64,000 bases of DNA, from positions 67,580,001 to 67,644,000 of the forward strand of contig OX597819.1 of the NCBI GenBank assembly GCA_951406725.2. The letters run 5' to 3'. Positions 12,401-26,664 of this stretch are shown in pieces. The notes under the pieces were generated by a model that saw only the letters and a program-made list of their open reading frames with translations, had not been told where the DNA came from and searched no databases. Source of the DNA: Octopus vulgaris. Taxonomy: Eukaryota. The number at the start of each line of letters is the position of its first letter. The first letter of the stretch is position 1. Both the position numbers and the translations under genes were made by a program.

Positions 12401-13407
12401 TATATATGTATGTATATATATAATGTTATACATCAGATATGCATGTATAGCTTTAATTGTTTACTTGTTTTAGACATTGGACTGCTCCCATTCTGGGGTA
12501 ATATCCTTCAATCATTTTCGAACAAATTATCCAGAGTACTTATTTTTAAGCCTAGCACTCAGTCAACCGTGTCTTTTTGTCGAAGCGATAATTTGCCTGG
12601 GCGTAAAAAAAACAACACTGGTTGTCAAATATTTAGACGTACACACACTGACACAGAGACACACATACACACACACAGGTACGCACGTATAAACAATATC
12701 ATTGGAAGAGCATGCGTAAAAAATCTATAGTGGTAAAAAATTATCAGTTGATAATTAGAGGTACTAACAGGTAGTAGCGGCCTGCTAAATACAGCAGTCA
12801 AAATTTATAGTTTAGTCATTATGACTGCTATATTTAGCTCTGTGTGTGTGTGTGAGTAAGAGGGAGAGAGAGAGACTTTGTCTCTTTATGTCTGTGTTTA
12901 TCTTCTACCATCATTTGACAACCAGCGTTGGTGTGTTTACGTCTCCGGAAATTAAGGGTTGATCAAAAGAGAACGACAAGAATAGTGTCAGGCCTAAACG
13001 CAAAAGAACTGGGTCGATTCGTTCGACTAACACTGCCCAGAACACTACTGCAGCATGGCCACAATCTTAAGAACGAAATAAGTGATAGATAAGAGGTAAC
13101 CCATAACCTCTTTCTCACTGAATCACAAAGGTTAAATTTTCTAAATAGAACTCAAATAAAATCAGGAACAATTAACTTTTAATGAGAAATACGCTGTCCA
13201 ACTAATCTTTGCTGCTGTCTAATTTATTTTGGGAACGTTAGAAGCTTCTGTGCAAACAAAATCATGACCTAAAAAATCACTTAAATCAGTACAGCTCATA
13301 TATGATTGATCTTATATGATTGATCCCCACTTGCTCCCCAAAAAACAGATAAAATCATCTCAACAACACCAACGACAAGTAAAGAAATCTGCTGGGAAAA
13401 TAATCTA

Positions 13408-13773
13408 TTCCCTTTCTACTATAGGCACACCGCTCGAAATTTTTAGGGACGGGGCCAGTCGCTTTGATCCTTTGATCCACCCCAGTACACAACTGGTATT
13501 TAATTTATCGACGTCGAAAAGATGAAAGGCAAAGTTGCCCTCAGCGGAATTTGAACTCAGAACGTGTCGACGGGTGAATTACTGCTAACCACTTCGCCCG
13601 GCGTGCTAACGTTTTTGCCAGCTCACCGCCTTTAAATATTCTTTTTTACTCTAGGCGCAAGGCTCGAAATTTATCGATTAGATCGACCACAGAGCGCAAA
13701 TTGTATTTAATTTATCGACCCCGAAAGGATGAGAGGCAAAGTTGTCCTAGCGTGTCTGCTACGTCGCCGCCTT
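13408..13773 (-). mobile_element. Tandem Nin-domain SINE copies
   Basis: Two copies of tttatcgac..gaaa.gatga.aggcaaagttg.cc. Confidence 0.7.
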
Positions 13774-15145
13774 TAAATAACCTATTCCCATTCCAGCTAT
13801 AATCATTCTCCTGTAAACCATTAGAGTGTCAATTACCTAGAAGATAACGCACATAAATAAATACACTTGATTAGAAAAACTTAAATAATTGACTGAACTG
13901 TAACCTTCACATTCCCCAAAACAAAACTTTTCCTTTTCCATTACTGTCCAAATAAAAATAACAAATTAACCTACTGGCATATTTGCTGAGCAACTAATCT
14001 TTTTCCAACCTATTTTCTCTTGTGAAACTTCTAAAAACAGTTCCGCCCACATTTGCTTAAAAATCATGCATGACTGAAATCTGAACACTAACACTACTCC
14101 AGATTTCATCAATATATTCCAAAATATCTTTCCATCATAACGTATACTACAACGTCGTGATCATTTAACAGAGCTCCATATTCCACAGAATATTTAAAGT
14201 TAGCAGAAATTACATATATCCGAGATAAACTCAAATATAGTACAGGCCGAAAATCACTGTTAATGCTGCTCTTACTATAGAATTGTGTATGTGTGTGTGT
14301 ATGTGTGTGTATTGATATATATATATATATATATATACGCGCGCGCACACACATACGTTTAGTCACTGCTATCGTTGAGCGATCTTTTACGATATTCGAC
14401 GCAAACCCATTATATAGAACGTGCAGAATTATGTGTTATTGTCGGTACACGAATAGAATTTAATACGTTAATGCTTTCGTTCATTGACAGTTGACATGCA
14501 GTAATTTAATGTAAGATTACACTGTAATGCAAAGTACTTTATAACACGAGTCAACTCCACCTTGTGACGATATTTATTCTAATCATGAGCGAAAAATTGG
14601 AACATTTATTGATTAATCATATGACTGTATTTGTACACAAATCATCATCGTCGTCAAGATCATATTGAATGCTGTATTTATTTTCATTACTGATATCACT
14701 TATATACTCGCGATTATGTATATCTGGTGCAGAATATTAGCACCAACATTACAATGATTTAATATTCCTTAGCAGCTGGTGGAAAATATATCTACAGTAT
14801 CAGTATTATGTCGGATATCTACATTTCGAACTTCTACACAGATGAAGCTGAAACTTATGACCACTTCGATTCACATACAAATATTCTTTTTCAAACTTTT
14901 TTGTTTAGAGAAAGGTTTACAAGATAATTATAAAACTAAATCGCAGCAATTTACGTTTCTTGTTAAAATATCGAAATTAGTTAAAACTCAAACAGAAGCG
15001 AGAATTTTTATCTTATTTCTGAAATGTCATTTGTATATGTGAATATAATCGTTTTCAAGTGATAGTATTCGGAAACACGAAAACTACAGTTGTATATCAT
15101 ACGTACACCCAAACTCTTTCTCTCTATCTCTCTATCTCTCTCTCC

Positions 15146-15245
<100 letters not shown>

Positions 15246-15288
15246 TATATATTTATACGCATATATAAGATACATGTGTGTGTTTGTC

Positions 15289-15349
<61 letters not shown>

Positions 15350-15550
15350 TTGTGCATAACGGAGAAAGTATGACATGTATGTGAATTGAACTTATCAAAA
15401 AGCTATTGAAATTGCCAATGTGTAATATGAAAACTATGTACGACAACTGAAATCACTGAGACCAAAATTGTCTCATCTCATATTCGTTATTTACATTTTA
15501 TTAATCTTACACTATTTCTTTATATATTACATCGACGAAAAACAGAAAAT

Positions 15551-16453
15551 ATGATGTTTAATTGCACCTTGAGCTTCACAAATACAAGTATTGTCGTCCT
15601 TAAAACTATACGCTATAGTTCCCTAACATTATTGACTTTTGGAACTCTTGGTAACTTAATAGCTATTAGTACATTTTGCATAAATGCAGTGCGTCGATCT
15701 AAAATCACTACATACCTTTTGACGCTTCTTTTTGTGGATTTAATTGCGGACTGGATGAATTTTCCACGTTTTATTTGGACATCCTATTATTTGGAATCTC
15801 CACACACGAAGCTTAACATCTTAAACTCTGAAACCTTCAGATGTCTGACTATTATTGTAACTATCTATTCCTCCTGGATAATCATCGCCATTTCTGCTGA
15901 ACGCCTTTTAGCTGTTTGCTGTCCATTTTCCCGGCATCTCTCTACGAAAGAATATATTCCAAAACTTGTGTTGTTTAGTCTTCTTCTGTTTATATCTATA
16001 GTATTCTTCTGCGCAGCATACATATTACAGAATCCGTTATATATTTACCTGTTTTCAATTACTCTTTATTCGTTAATACCAGCGGTATTTTTGATTATAA
16101 GCTCCGTTATCTTCATTTATATATTACACAATCGACCACAGCTCGGTCAACAACGTCAGAAAAATGTTACCACTCAAAACAGGAATATAATTTACATTGT
16201 TATTTCTATAAATGTTGTATTTTTGTTGACAAAATTTCCTATAACTATATACGCATATGTAATATTACTTAGATATTGCACGTTTAACGGAACTTTACTT
16301 TTATTAGACGTATTTTCTATGGTTAATAATTGTATTAACTTTATGTTATATTTCATACCAAGCAAGATTTTTCGTGGGAATTTGATGTCAGTTTGTCTGA
16401 AAAAGGAAATACCAAAGAGAGATGATGTATATAATTTAGAACAGAAAATATGA
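15551..16453 (+). CDS. Single-exon rhodopsin-class 7TM GPCR (orphan, peptide-receptor-like; candidate chemoreceptor), 300 aa
   Basis: N-terminal sequons NCT and NTS; TM1 GTLGN, TM2 LLFVD, TM3 ISAER, TM5 YSLIPA, TM6 FLLTKFP, TM7 NNCINFMLY, helix 8 SKIFR. Confidence 0.9.
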   Translation: MMFNCTLSFTNTSIVVLKTIRYSSLTLLTFGTLGNLIAISTFCINAVRRSKITTYLLTLLFVDLIADWMNFPRFIWTSYYLESPHTKLNILNSETFRCLTIIVTIYSSWIIIAISAERLLAVCCPFSRHLSTKEYIPKLVLFSLLLFISIVFFCAAYILQNPLYIYLFSITLYSLIPAVFLIISSVIFIYILHNRPQLGQQRQKNVTTQNRNIIYIVISINVVFLLTKFPITIYAYVILLRYCTFNGTLLLLDVFSMVNNCINFMLYFIPSKIFRGNLMSVCLKKEIPKRDDVYNLEQKI

Positions 16454-16984
16454 TCATTACACAGGGGAACAATTTTGAACATTATTCATATTGAGTTTGC
16501 CTTTTCACTTGATGTAGACTAAAACTGGCATATGCACATGTCAAACAATATTCGATTTTCTTCTATTGCGTCAACATCTTACCCGCTGAATAGCCACAAT
16601 TGGATTGTATGTCCGTAAGTAATAGAGCGGGCTAGCTGCTTTTATTATTTTACCGATAACTTTGCAGAACATTCTCGTAAATACTTTCTGTCGTTTTGCG
16701 TCTACAATTTTTACAATTAGTCCTAGCTAATTTCATGTTGGTGAACATAGAAATTCCCTAGAAATGTTCTATCGTGCCAAGTCTTTGTTAAACAGGAATT
16801 ATATTGTACAATACAAAAAATAGTAATGTCCATTTTGCCATTAAATGTAATATTGAAATAAGAAACTAACACAAACCAATTAGTACTTGTTATTGTTTAA
16901 GAAATGTTTATTTATCTTACGATAAATTCAGCTACTCAAGAAATGAACTTTCTGTTTGCTATATTCCGTGCATAACTTACATCA

Positions 16985-17470
16985 AGACAATTTCTTTGTA
17001 GAGAAGAGCAATGGTCAGCCATCATCTACCTGCCTTGATATTTAGTCTCCTTGGTCTTAATATCCTGGTGAAATCTATCTCTTTGATCATCACATATTTC
17101 ACTATGATTTTCAAGGAAGTGGTCGATATAACAGTGCAGGAAATGCATGTTTGCATAATGTTGCAGCCTAACGCTCGAAAACTGTTTGACAGCGTCTGCA
17201 CAAGTTCTTCATTAATTGGTAACTTCCTGTTTCCCAGAAATTTAGACATAACTGCTGCAAACACACTACATTCTTCTTTTTCAACGCCAGATATGATCTG
17301 CGATAACTGCTAGTCCTGCAATAACCACTTAATCTGTGGTCCATCAAACACAACAAACTTAATTTTCTTACAAAACAAAGCTGCTGCCTCTCTGCTTAAG
17401 TCTTTGAAACGGTCAATGCCTTAGTGTTTTAACACCTGTTTTACCCATTATATGGGGTACTTATGATGTG
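16985..17470 (-). mobile_element. Decayed DNA-transposase C-terminus, probably Chapaev-3/CMC-type
   Basis: FLGNRK..FRALGCN, then after a frameshift MHFLHCYIDHFLEN..DDQRDRFHQDIKT..YQGR*MMADHC. Family assignment is from memory. Confidence 0.6.
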
Positions 17471-18169
17471 TCTTGATCGCCCTGTTTCATACCAAAGTAA
17501 GGTAAGCTTCCTTTACAAAAACTATGATTTTGTTTCGGAACCCAGATAGAGTCTTACAAAGAATATAGAAGACATTAAGATTGTTTCTGCGTTTAGTTCT
17601 CTCCTAACTGGCGATATTTGGAGGAAGAAAACAAAACAATACATATATTGAAGCCAGTACTCACCGGGGAAAATCCTCTCCAGAATTGCCAACAGTTTTG
17701 AAGTAAGCAAATGCAGATATTTGATGACAAAATTTCATATAAAACACATACACAACATGAAGTTGACAAAAAGTAATCTTGACCAAAGTGATGTCACAAT
17801 TAAAAGATTAAGAGCGCATTCAAAATAGCAATTTTCATAAGAAATAATTAAGGGTCCAACATAACATGTCTCAACTAGTTTGCAATGATAGTCACACTAA
17901 ATCAAGCACAGATACGCGTGGGCATATCTGCAGACAAATGCCACGAATATGAAACTTGCAAAATATCAGGGACCAAAAAAATATGCTGTTTCTTAACATC
18001 AGAATGGTATAAGGGACATTTCTGCCGTGATTAGGACATTGAAACCGTGCTGGGTTGAAAATAGTGAAATTTGCACAACTTCCGTGTTTTTTTAATTACT
18101 GAAGGAACTTAAATCTTGATTGCCTTTTCCTTTTTGCACTTGCATTTATTTTAAATTACATTTTTTTTT

Positions 18170-18363
18170 TTACATCTTTCAGTCATTATCATGCGCCATG
18201 GTGGGGCACCGCCTCGAAATTTTAGTCGAATGAATCGACACCAGTACTTATATATTATGCTTGGCACTTACTCTATCGGTCTCTTTTGCTGAACCTTTAA
18301 GTTATGGGAACATAAACACACCAATACCGATACAAAGACACACACACACACACACACACACAT

Positions 18364-18405
<42 letters not shown>

Positions 18406-18545
18406 GGCAGAGTTCATTGACTTTCCGTTTACCAAATCCACTCCCATACATTTGGTTGGCCCGAGATTATAGCAGAATACACCTGCCCGAATCCAGAACC
18501 ATGTAGCTGGAAAGTAACATTCTTACAGAGACACGCCTGCGTCTA
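18170..18545 (-). mobile_element. tRNA-derived SINE copy
   Basis: Same family as 46850-47250. Confidence 0.7.
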
Positions 18546-18751
18546 TAAAGAACTATAAGTGGCGAAAGTGGCAGTGGTAATTGCATATTGAAAAGTACAT
18601 TTTTTATAAATTGAACTAAGTTTTTTCTCATATCACCTATCACTTAACGCATACGCATAAGTGAAATTCCATGAAATATTCACGCTTATTTAATGGGCAG
18701 ATATATGCAATTTAACTAAAGGTTGTATCATATGTACAGAATATGTATATT

Positions 18752-18984
18752 CTTTTATTCTTTCATTCGTGCCATTCATTTGACTGCAACCATGCTGGAG
18801 CACCGCCTTTAGTCGAACAAATCGAAATCAGAACTTTCTAAGCCTAGTACTTATTCTATCGATCTCTTTTTCCGAAACACTAATTTACGGGGACCCAAAC
18901 ACATCATTAACAAGCGGTGGTAGCGGTACAAACACAAACACACAAATATACATACATACATACATACATACATACATACATACA

Positions 18985-19049
<65 letters not shown>

Positions 19050-19200
19050 GACGGGATTCATTCAGTTTCCGTCTACTAAATCCACACACAAGACTTTGTC
19101 CAGCCCGAGGTTATAGTAAAAGACATCTATCCAAGTTGCTACTCAGTGAGACTGAACCCGGAATCTTCTGATCGTGAATTAAGCTTCTAGCTTCACAGCC
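18752..19200 (-). mobile_element. tRNA-derived SINE copy
   Basis: catgctggagcaccgcctttagtcg..cagtttccgtctac..actgaacccgga. Confidence 0.75.
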
Positions 19201-19514
19201 CTTTCATTTTGTTTACTGGATAAATGGAAAAATAAGAGTGGATGCTTATTGTATGAGTGCTGTGAAAGTCCTATAAAATTGCGCATAAATATGTAAAGTC
19301 TATAAATAATGTGCATTAAGTGATCATGGTATTCCGATTTCGTTCACTTTTCAATGAGTAACAGACGAGTCACTATGTTACGAATATAGACACAACACAG
19401 GTTACGCTGTCAGGATTTTGGATAAAGTTTTCAGAAATAACCCATATTTACCATAAATTCACGGGTCCAGCTAGTACAGTCAATAACAATTTTATTTCTA
19501 TTAATTAAATCCCT

Positions 19515-19920
19515 AACTTGTTTCAGCCATTAGACTGCTGCCGCGGTCGAGCACCGCCTTGAATATGGTTAATGAAACGGATCAAACTCAATACTCTTTT
19601 TTTAAAAAACCTGGTGTCAATTCTAACGGTCTGTTTTACCGGAGTCTTAAGCTGTAGGGACATAAATACACCAGCCCCAGTCGTCAACCGGTGAGGGGGG
19701 AGATACGGAGGAGCAAATAAACACATATTCGTGTGTGTGTGTGTGTGTGCCTTTACATATAAAGAAAATATACATGACAGGCTTATTTCAGTCTCCATCT
19801 ATGAAGGTTTTGGTCAGTTATAGTAAAAGGCGATTGCACAAGTAGCCATGCAGAGGGATGGAACCCGGAACAACGTGGTTGGTAATCAAACGTTTAACCA
19901 CAGAGTTACGCCTTCACCTA
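19515..19920 (-). mobile_element. tRNA-derived SINE copy (diverged)
   Basis: acttgtttcag.catt.gactgc..gaacccggaac..gtggttggtaa. Confidence 0.7.
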
Positions 19921-21239
19921 TAATTGTGCAATAACTTTAGTTCTGTTAATTGTTTGAACTACTGATGAGTGATCTCCACCATTATTTTATCGAGACGGTA
20001 GTGGAGCGTACGAAGGATAATTTATTCAAAAATTAAAATGACGATTGCTTTATATAATTTTAGTGATTACACAAAATATAAATTATTATTCCTTTCTTTG
20101 TTCATTCTGAAATACGTTGCTTCTATTACATCGTCCATTATTATTATTATATATTTATTTAATACTGTGTATTATAGAGATTCAAATATACGAAACTGCA
20201 CAATTCATGCAGCAGCCCTGAGATATTAATTTGCATACTGAAAGGTGACGTTTCACTGACATTATTTGTTAAATTTCACAAAACAGACGTTCAGATTTAT
20301 GCGGTGCAAAATAATGTGGTTGTCTCATTATTTGATATTTTCTGATCAGCCAGAAGCAAATCAATTTTATAATTTTTTTTCTCCAGGGCAGTATAGCAAA
20401 CGAACTTACTAGCAAATATACTATTCTGATCTGAACATCAACTTATGTACACCCACATCCATACTCATACATAGTTGTGTGTGTGTGCACATCTCACATA
20501 CACACACGTATGTATGTATGTATGTATGTATGTATGTATGTATGTATGTATGTATGTATGTATGTATGTATGTATAAGAGCCTTGTATTTCGCTTGAAGA
20601 TTTATAATATCGAAGACTGTAAAAAGAGACAAAATAGACAGCCTCTGAAAATGCTAAAAGTTTAATAAAACTTTTATATTTCAAGTGCAGAAGTCCATCT
20701 TCAGACGAAAAAAACAAAGAAAAGTTCAGTTATGTAGGTTCCTTTAAACCATTCATATTGTATAGGGTTTGGTATTTTTATATAAGCTTAAAGCTTATGA
20801 CGTTCACTGTGCAATGACTAAGGAAAATAGTCTAATAACGGGGCATATAAGCCCTCAACAGAAAAAAAGGAGGATTTCCTATCCGCCTGTAAAGGTAACA
20901 CACTTAGTCACGTTAACAAAGGGATATGTGTTCGTGTCCCATGCAGATAGAAAAGCTTTCTTTTTTCTGTCGAGGGCTTATATGCCTTGTTATTAGACTA
21001 TTTTCCTCAACCAATACAAGGTGATCGCCATAAACTTTAAGCGTGTATAAAGATACCATTATTACCATTTACAGGATTGTAAATTACGGCACCGTATAAC
21101 AACACCATTCGTTTCTTTAGACTTTATGTAACAGTAGCAGTCGCTCTCCAAACATCGGTGTAACCGACGTCCCACGCGTTGGGGTAAGCAAACAAACACC
21201 CAGTTGTTGGTATAAGCTACAGACCATTTGTAGTGTGAC

Positions 21240-21930
21240 GGCCTTATGTCCATAGTATCAGCGGCAGTCGCCCTTCAGATGTGTTGCCGCTTGACTGAGT
21301 GTTGGTGTAAACATACATCGGCTGCTGTTGTAAGCCATTCACCATCTGTTCGATCCTGTCGTAAAAGCCAAATCCGATCGACTTTCGTGTTGAGGCGGTG
21401 GAACAGTGAGCCTCAGTTATAAGTAAATTGCCGATGTTATTCCCACAGGCTACTATGGAGGCGTCTATCTCTTTGGTGATGTTGCAAAATCTGGCCCGGT
21501 GTTTGCGGAAAGAGGACGTGTTGGTAGTGAGATGACCCTTAACTCTGACGTGGAGTGCTCGTGTTGTGCTACAAACGAAGTGATTGCCGCATTTAAGGCA
21601 TCGTATTTGGTATAACCGGCACGTACGTAGGCAGATGTTAGAGTTGAAAATTGGGCTGTGTTTGGGTCTGCAGTGCTGTTGTATTGCACGTGACCACCTT
21701 GTTGATAGGGGCTTGTGTAGGGACAGTCCTGAATGGGCCCACAAAATGTTGAGTCCTTCCCTGCAGATAACCTTGTAGATGGCGGACGCGGTGTTCTCAC
21801 TGAAATGAGGAATCTTCAAGGAACAGGCATTAGAAATTCCTCTTGCGACGTTTAGCTGGCGTGTGTTCCTGTATGGAGTTGGAGACAGACTTAGGATACC
21901 GTTGGCCCCAAGTGTCTTTAGGAACCGAGT
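21240..21930 (-). mobile_element. Penelope-like element remnant (linker and GIY-YIG endonuclease)
   Basis: LKIPHFSE..C..LYQIRCLKCGNHFVCSTTRALHVRVKGH..L.ITEA matches a decayed VY.I.C..C...YVG.T.R.L..R..EH pattern. Confidence 0.8.
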
Positions 21931-22385
21931 ATATATGTATACACACACACAGACACCACACACACACAAACACACATATACACACACGCAAGCACCACAA
22001 ATTATAAAGTTATACAGACTCTTGTTTCTGCGGTTTACTAAATCAAAATCAGGGTTAGAGCATTTTCAACATGACATCCTTACAATTTGATGGGCATCTT
22101 CTCGTTGTCCGCAAGCTTACTGCTGCAGACCTTTTTTAGTTTAATGTTCCAGTATTGGCCTTTTGCATACCACAAAAGAGTTGGCATCAGTTTCTCTACG
22201 GTACTCCAACATGGTCGCACTTGAATGAGTGAAACACGTAAAAGGTCAATCTACGGTTGTGTAAACATCAATAGCAACACTATTAGCACAAGAGAAGAGG
22301 AAAGAGGGCGGCTTACATAAAGAAAATTTGTCTTCCCGTTATATGTGTGTGTGTGTGTACGTATATATATATATATATATATATA

Positions 22386-22659
<274 letters not shown>

Positions 22660-22809
22660 GGAGAAAAAGAACTGCATGATTAAGAGTGTATATCTGCCTG
22701 CATATATCCATATAACCAAAAGAAATCTGAAACACCGCGATAATGGAAATCAGTTTAATACTAAGCAAGATCAATAATAACGCAAATAAGAATCGAGAAA
22801 GACCAAATA

Positions 22810-23207
22810 ATTCTTTCTACTTAAGGGACAAGGCCTAAAATTTCAGGTAGGGGTATCGTCGTTCACATCGGCCCCAGTATTTCACGACTACTTAATTCGT
22901 CGTCACCGAAAGAATGAACTGCAAATTCGACCTCGGTGGAAGTTGAGCTCAGAACGTAGTGACGGGCGATATACTTATTTATTTACTACCCGCAAGGGGC
23001 TAAACACAGAGAGGACGAACAAGGAGAGACAAATGGATTAAGTCGATTATATTGACCACAGTGCGTAACCGGTACTTATTTAATCGACCCGAAAGGCTGA
23101 AAGGCAAAGTCGACCTAGGCGGAATTTGAACTCAGAACGTAACGGCAGACGAAATACCGCTAATCATTTCGTCCGACGCGCGAATGATTGTGCAAGCATG
23201 CTGCCTT
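22810..23207 (-). mobile_element. Dimeric Nin-domain SINE
   Basis: Two cores joined through the tttactaccc.caaggggctaaacacagag tail. Confidence 0.75.
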
Positions 23208-24040
23208 TGGAAGATTACATAATCTTCCCGTAATAGTTCACACTAATAGAGCTTTTTGTGTGTGTGCATGTGTGTGTGTGTGTGTGTGTTCTGCACTTTG
23301 TTTTCCTTTTTACAATTGACTTCTCAAAAATCCGACAATGAAGTTATTGTTTTATTTTTTGTGACTCACTATAAGATTTTTGAAAATCGAGTAAGTCCTA
23401 AAATTATCATGAAAAATGTAATGCAATTCTCACAAGAGAACATAAAGAAGCGGAAGTCATGCAACGTGGTAAGCTCAGAAATATTTCCTGTATATAAAGT
23501 ACCAGAGCTTAGCTTAAGCAGGTAAAGTGTATTTATTCTCCCTGTTCTATCTTCATAGCAGATTCACTGACCACTGTAGGCCATCATTATTCTTTTTAAA
23601 TGAGTTAAATTTCGGAGTTGTCACCCTTGATTTTACTTTTATTTTTAGAGGGCAACATCATTTAGAAAAATATTGTTCGCCTCATTCCGTCATCTTTGCA
23701 TTTCCTTCAATAGACATTTCATGTAGATATATAATTTTCTTTAGACAGTGAATGGTTAAATATTTCTATAGTAATCTCATATGTAGGAAGAAAAAAAAAA
23801 CAGATAATATTCAGCATATGCGGTGTTAACATTTGAGATACTGTAATTTCATAAAATCATCAAAATTGAGGTGATAGGAGTGGTAATACATACAAGAATT
23901 ATATGTAATGATATGTGCGGGTGTGTATCTATCTCTATCTATCTATTTTTGTGGTCGTGAATGGCTATTGAATTTGACTATGGTTGCATAACGAAATACT
24001 GAAATACGGTGTCTTTAGACGACATTTTTTTCATCGCATC

Positions 24041-24112
<72 letters not shown>

Positions 24113-24183
24113 GAGACCCCCTTCGGTCACGGCACAGACCATGCGATTGCACCTAGAAAGTTACCCTCCCAGGCACAAGTTCG

Positions 24184-24247
<64 letters not shown>

Positions 24248-24249
24248 CA

Positions 24250-25518
24250 CATGGTGCGATGAATAAATTGTCGTCTAACGTACGCAAAGATGAAAATAAT
24301 ACTGACATCTAATTTTAACAGATATATTTACCAAAATTATAGAAAGATATCTGGAAATGCTAAAGAGTAAATTTATTGAATAAAATTGCCACTGGTTTCA
24401 ACAAAAATGTTCCCGATGACTTCAGAATCTCCTGCAACCCTTTCGGGCGCTGTTGAATGCTGCTATAATCCTTTCTTTCACTTCATCTTTTGTGTTACAA
24501 GGAGTTTTGTCAGTTTCTCTGTCCACTACGCCCCACACATAATAATCAAGAGGGTTGCAGTCTGGGGAGTTAGGCGGCCAGATGTTAGGGGTGATGTGGT
24601 CGCAGAAATTTTCTGACAGCCATGATTGGGGGCTCCTGTTTGCGTGTCATGGTGCAGTGTCCTTTTGCCAGACATAGTGTCTCCTGCGGACGCACCCTCT
24701 TGTTTCTGCAGGAGCACTACCTCCTCCAGGAACTTGATGTAGTCCTCCGTGTTGATTGTGAGGCCGTATGGGATGGTGAATGGAAGTATAATGTCGCCGT
24801 CACTAGTGACCACTGTAAACCCCATCATGTTGACTGAATGTTTGATTTGTATCACTATTGGTACATGGTTTGTGGACAAGGCAAGCCAACGGTCGTTCGG
24901 TGTTCAGCATCTGATTCTGGCAGAATTTTTTGTCGTCTGAGGGAACAACCACAGCATGCTCGGTTGTATGGTATGCTAGAGTTGTTCAAAAGCTTCGTAG
25001 CTTGATCATTCCTCTTATCCTTCATATATTGGGATAAAAATTAGACCTTCCTCATCTTGTAGGAGGAATACCGATTGTCTTCATGCAATAGCTGCCTTAT
25101 AAGGAACTTATACACTTCCATGTCCCTGGCGATGGACCTGATTGACTTGGAGGGATGATTGTTAATCATGGCCTGGATCTCATCAACAAATTCAAGAGTC
25201 CTTTTCTCATCAGAACGATCAGAGAGTGTTTTCCGAGTTGCAGTACCTTCGTAGTAATCATTATACCCACCCAACTTTTTCCGAATACTTTGCACTTTCC
25301 TTAGATTCACACGCAAAAGCTATGAAATGTTCGCCAATGCCAAGCAGTGCAGCATGCCGTTTCCAATTTTCTAGTAGAGTGTATTGCAGCATAGATTTGT
25401 TTTCCTCACAGACAGTGCCCAACTGACCCTACTATCTTGTGTCGTCGACAAAATCATATGTGTATGCGCGAAATTAAAAATATAAAATGGCGAGAATTTT
25501 CCCATCGTGCTTTGTGTA
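24250..25518 (-). mobile_element. Decayed IS630-Tc1-mariner transposon (DD37D/maT-like), about 1.27 kb
   Basis: N-terminal HPSKSIRSIARDMEV; VTSDGDII.PF....GL.INTEDYIK.LEEVV; WPPNSPDCNPLDYYVWG; degenerate TIRs. Confidence 0.8.
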
Positions 25519-25599
25519 AACACACACAGACATCACACACACGCACACACATATATATACTCCTATAAAGTTTCTGTCTTTTTCTTTTTCACTCGCTCA

Positions 25600-25665
<66 letters not shown>

Positions 25666-26030
25666 TCTCCCTCTATCTCACTCAGAAACATATATTTCAA
25701 CAAATGCAAAAAATGCTGTGTCACCTCGATCATAAACATTTAATAGGAAACCAAATTTGCGCTAACTAGTACTAATGAGATGATATTAAATTGGTTTAAT
25801 TAAAAGGAAAAGAAAGTCAAGCAAACTGCTCGCAAATATAAATTAATTAAAATAATTAAAGAAAGAAATATGACTGAAACATTCACTGTGCATCTAAATT
25901 TCAGACTGTTACATTTCATATTTAATATAATACAGTGATGTACGGGAGATGTCTTGCTTGAATTTTGTGACTTGAAGTAATTGTTAGGTAATCATTTACG
26001 TTTTCCGTTAGCAATAACATTAGCGCGACG

Positions 26031-26601
26031 AAGGCGGCGAGCTAGTAGAACCGTTAGCTCTCCGGCTGAAATTCTTAGCGGTATTTCGTTCTGAGTTCAA
26101 ATTCTGCCGAGGTCGACTTTGCCTTTCATTCTTTCGGCGACGATAAATTAAGTAAAAGTTACACACTGTGGTTGATGTAATCGACTTAATCCGTTTGTCT
26201 GTCCTTGTTTGTCCACTCTGTGTTTAGCCCCTTGTGGGTAGTAAAGAAATAGGTATTTTGTCTGCCGCTACATTCTGAGTTCAAATTCCGCCGAGGTCGA
26301 CTTTACCTTTCATTTTTTCGGGATCGATGAAATAAGTACCAGTTACGCACTGGGGTCGATAAAATCGACTTAATCTGTTTGTCTGTCCTTCTTTGTCTCC
26401 TCTCTGTGTAGCACCTTGTGGCCAGTAAAGAAATAAGTATTTCGTCTGCATTTACGTTCTTTACGTTCAAATTCCGCCGAGGTCGACTTTGCCTTTCATC
26501 CTGTCGTGGTCGATAAATTAAGTACCAGTATCGCACTGGGGTCGATCTAATCGAATGTTCCTCTACCCCAAAATTTCGGACCTTGTGCCTAGAGCAGAAA
26601 A

Positions 26602-26602
<1 letters not shown>
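26031..26602 (+). mobile_element. Trimeric Nin-domain SINE
   Basis: One ggcggcgagct head and three gttcaaattc.gccgaggtcgacttt.cctttcat cores about 183 bp apart; ends in (ATT)n. Confidence 0.8.
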
Positions 26603-26656
<54 letters not shown>

Positions 26657-26664
26657 GATTGATT

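Noticed and set aside
23560-23760. piggyBac-like end (gacagtgaatgg+ttaa)
   Set aside because: No matching second TIR was found.
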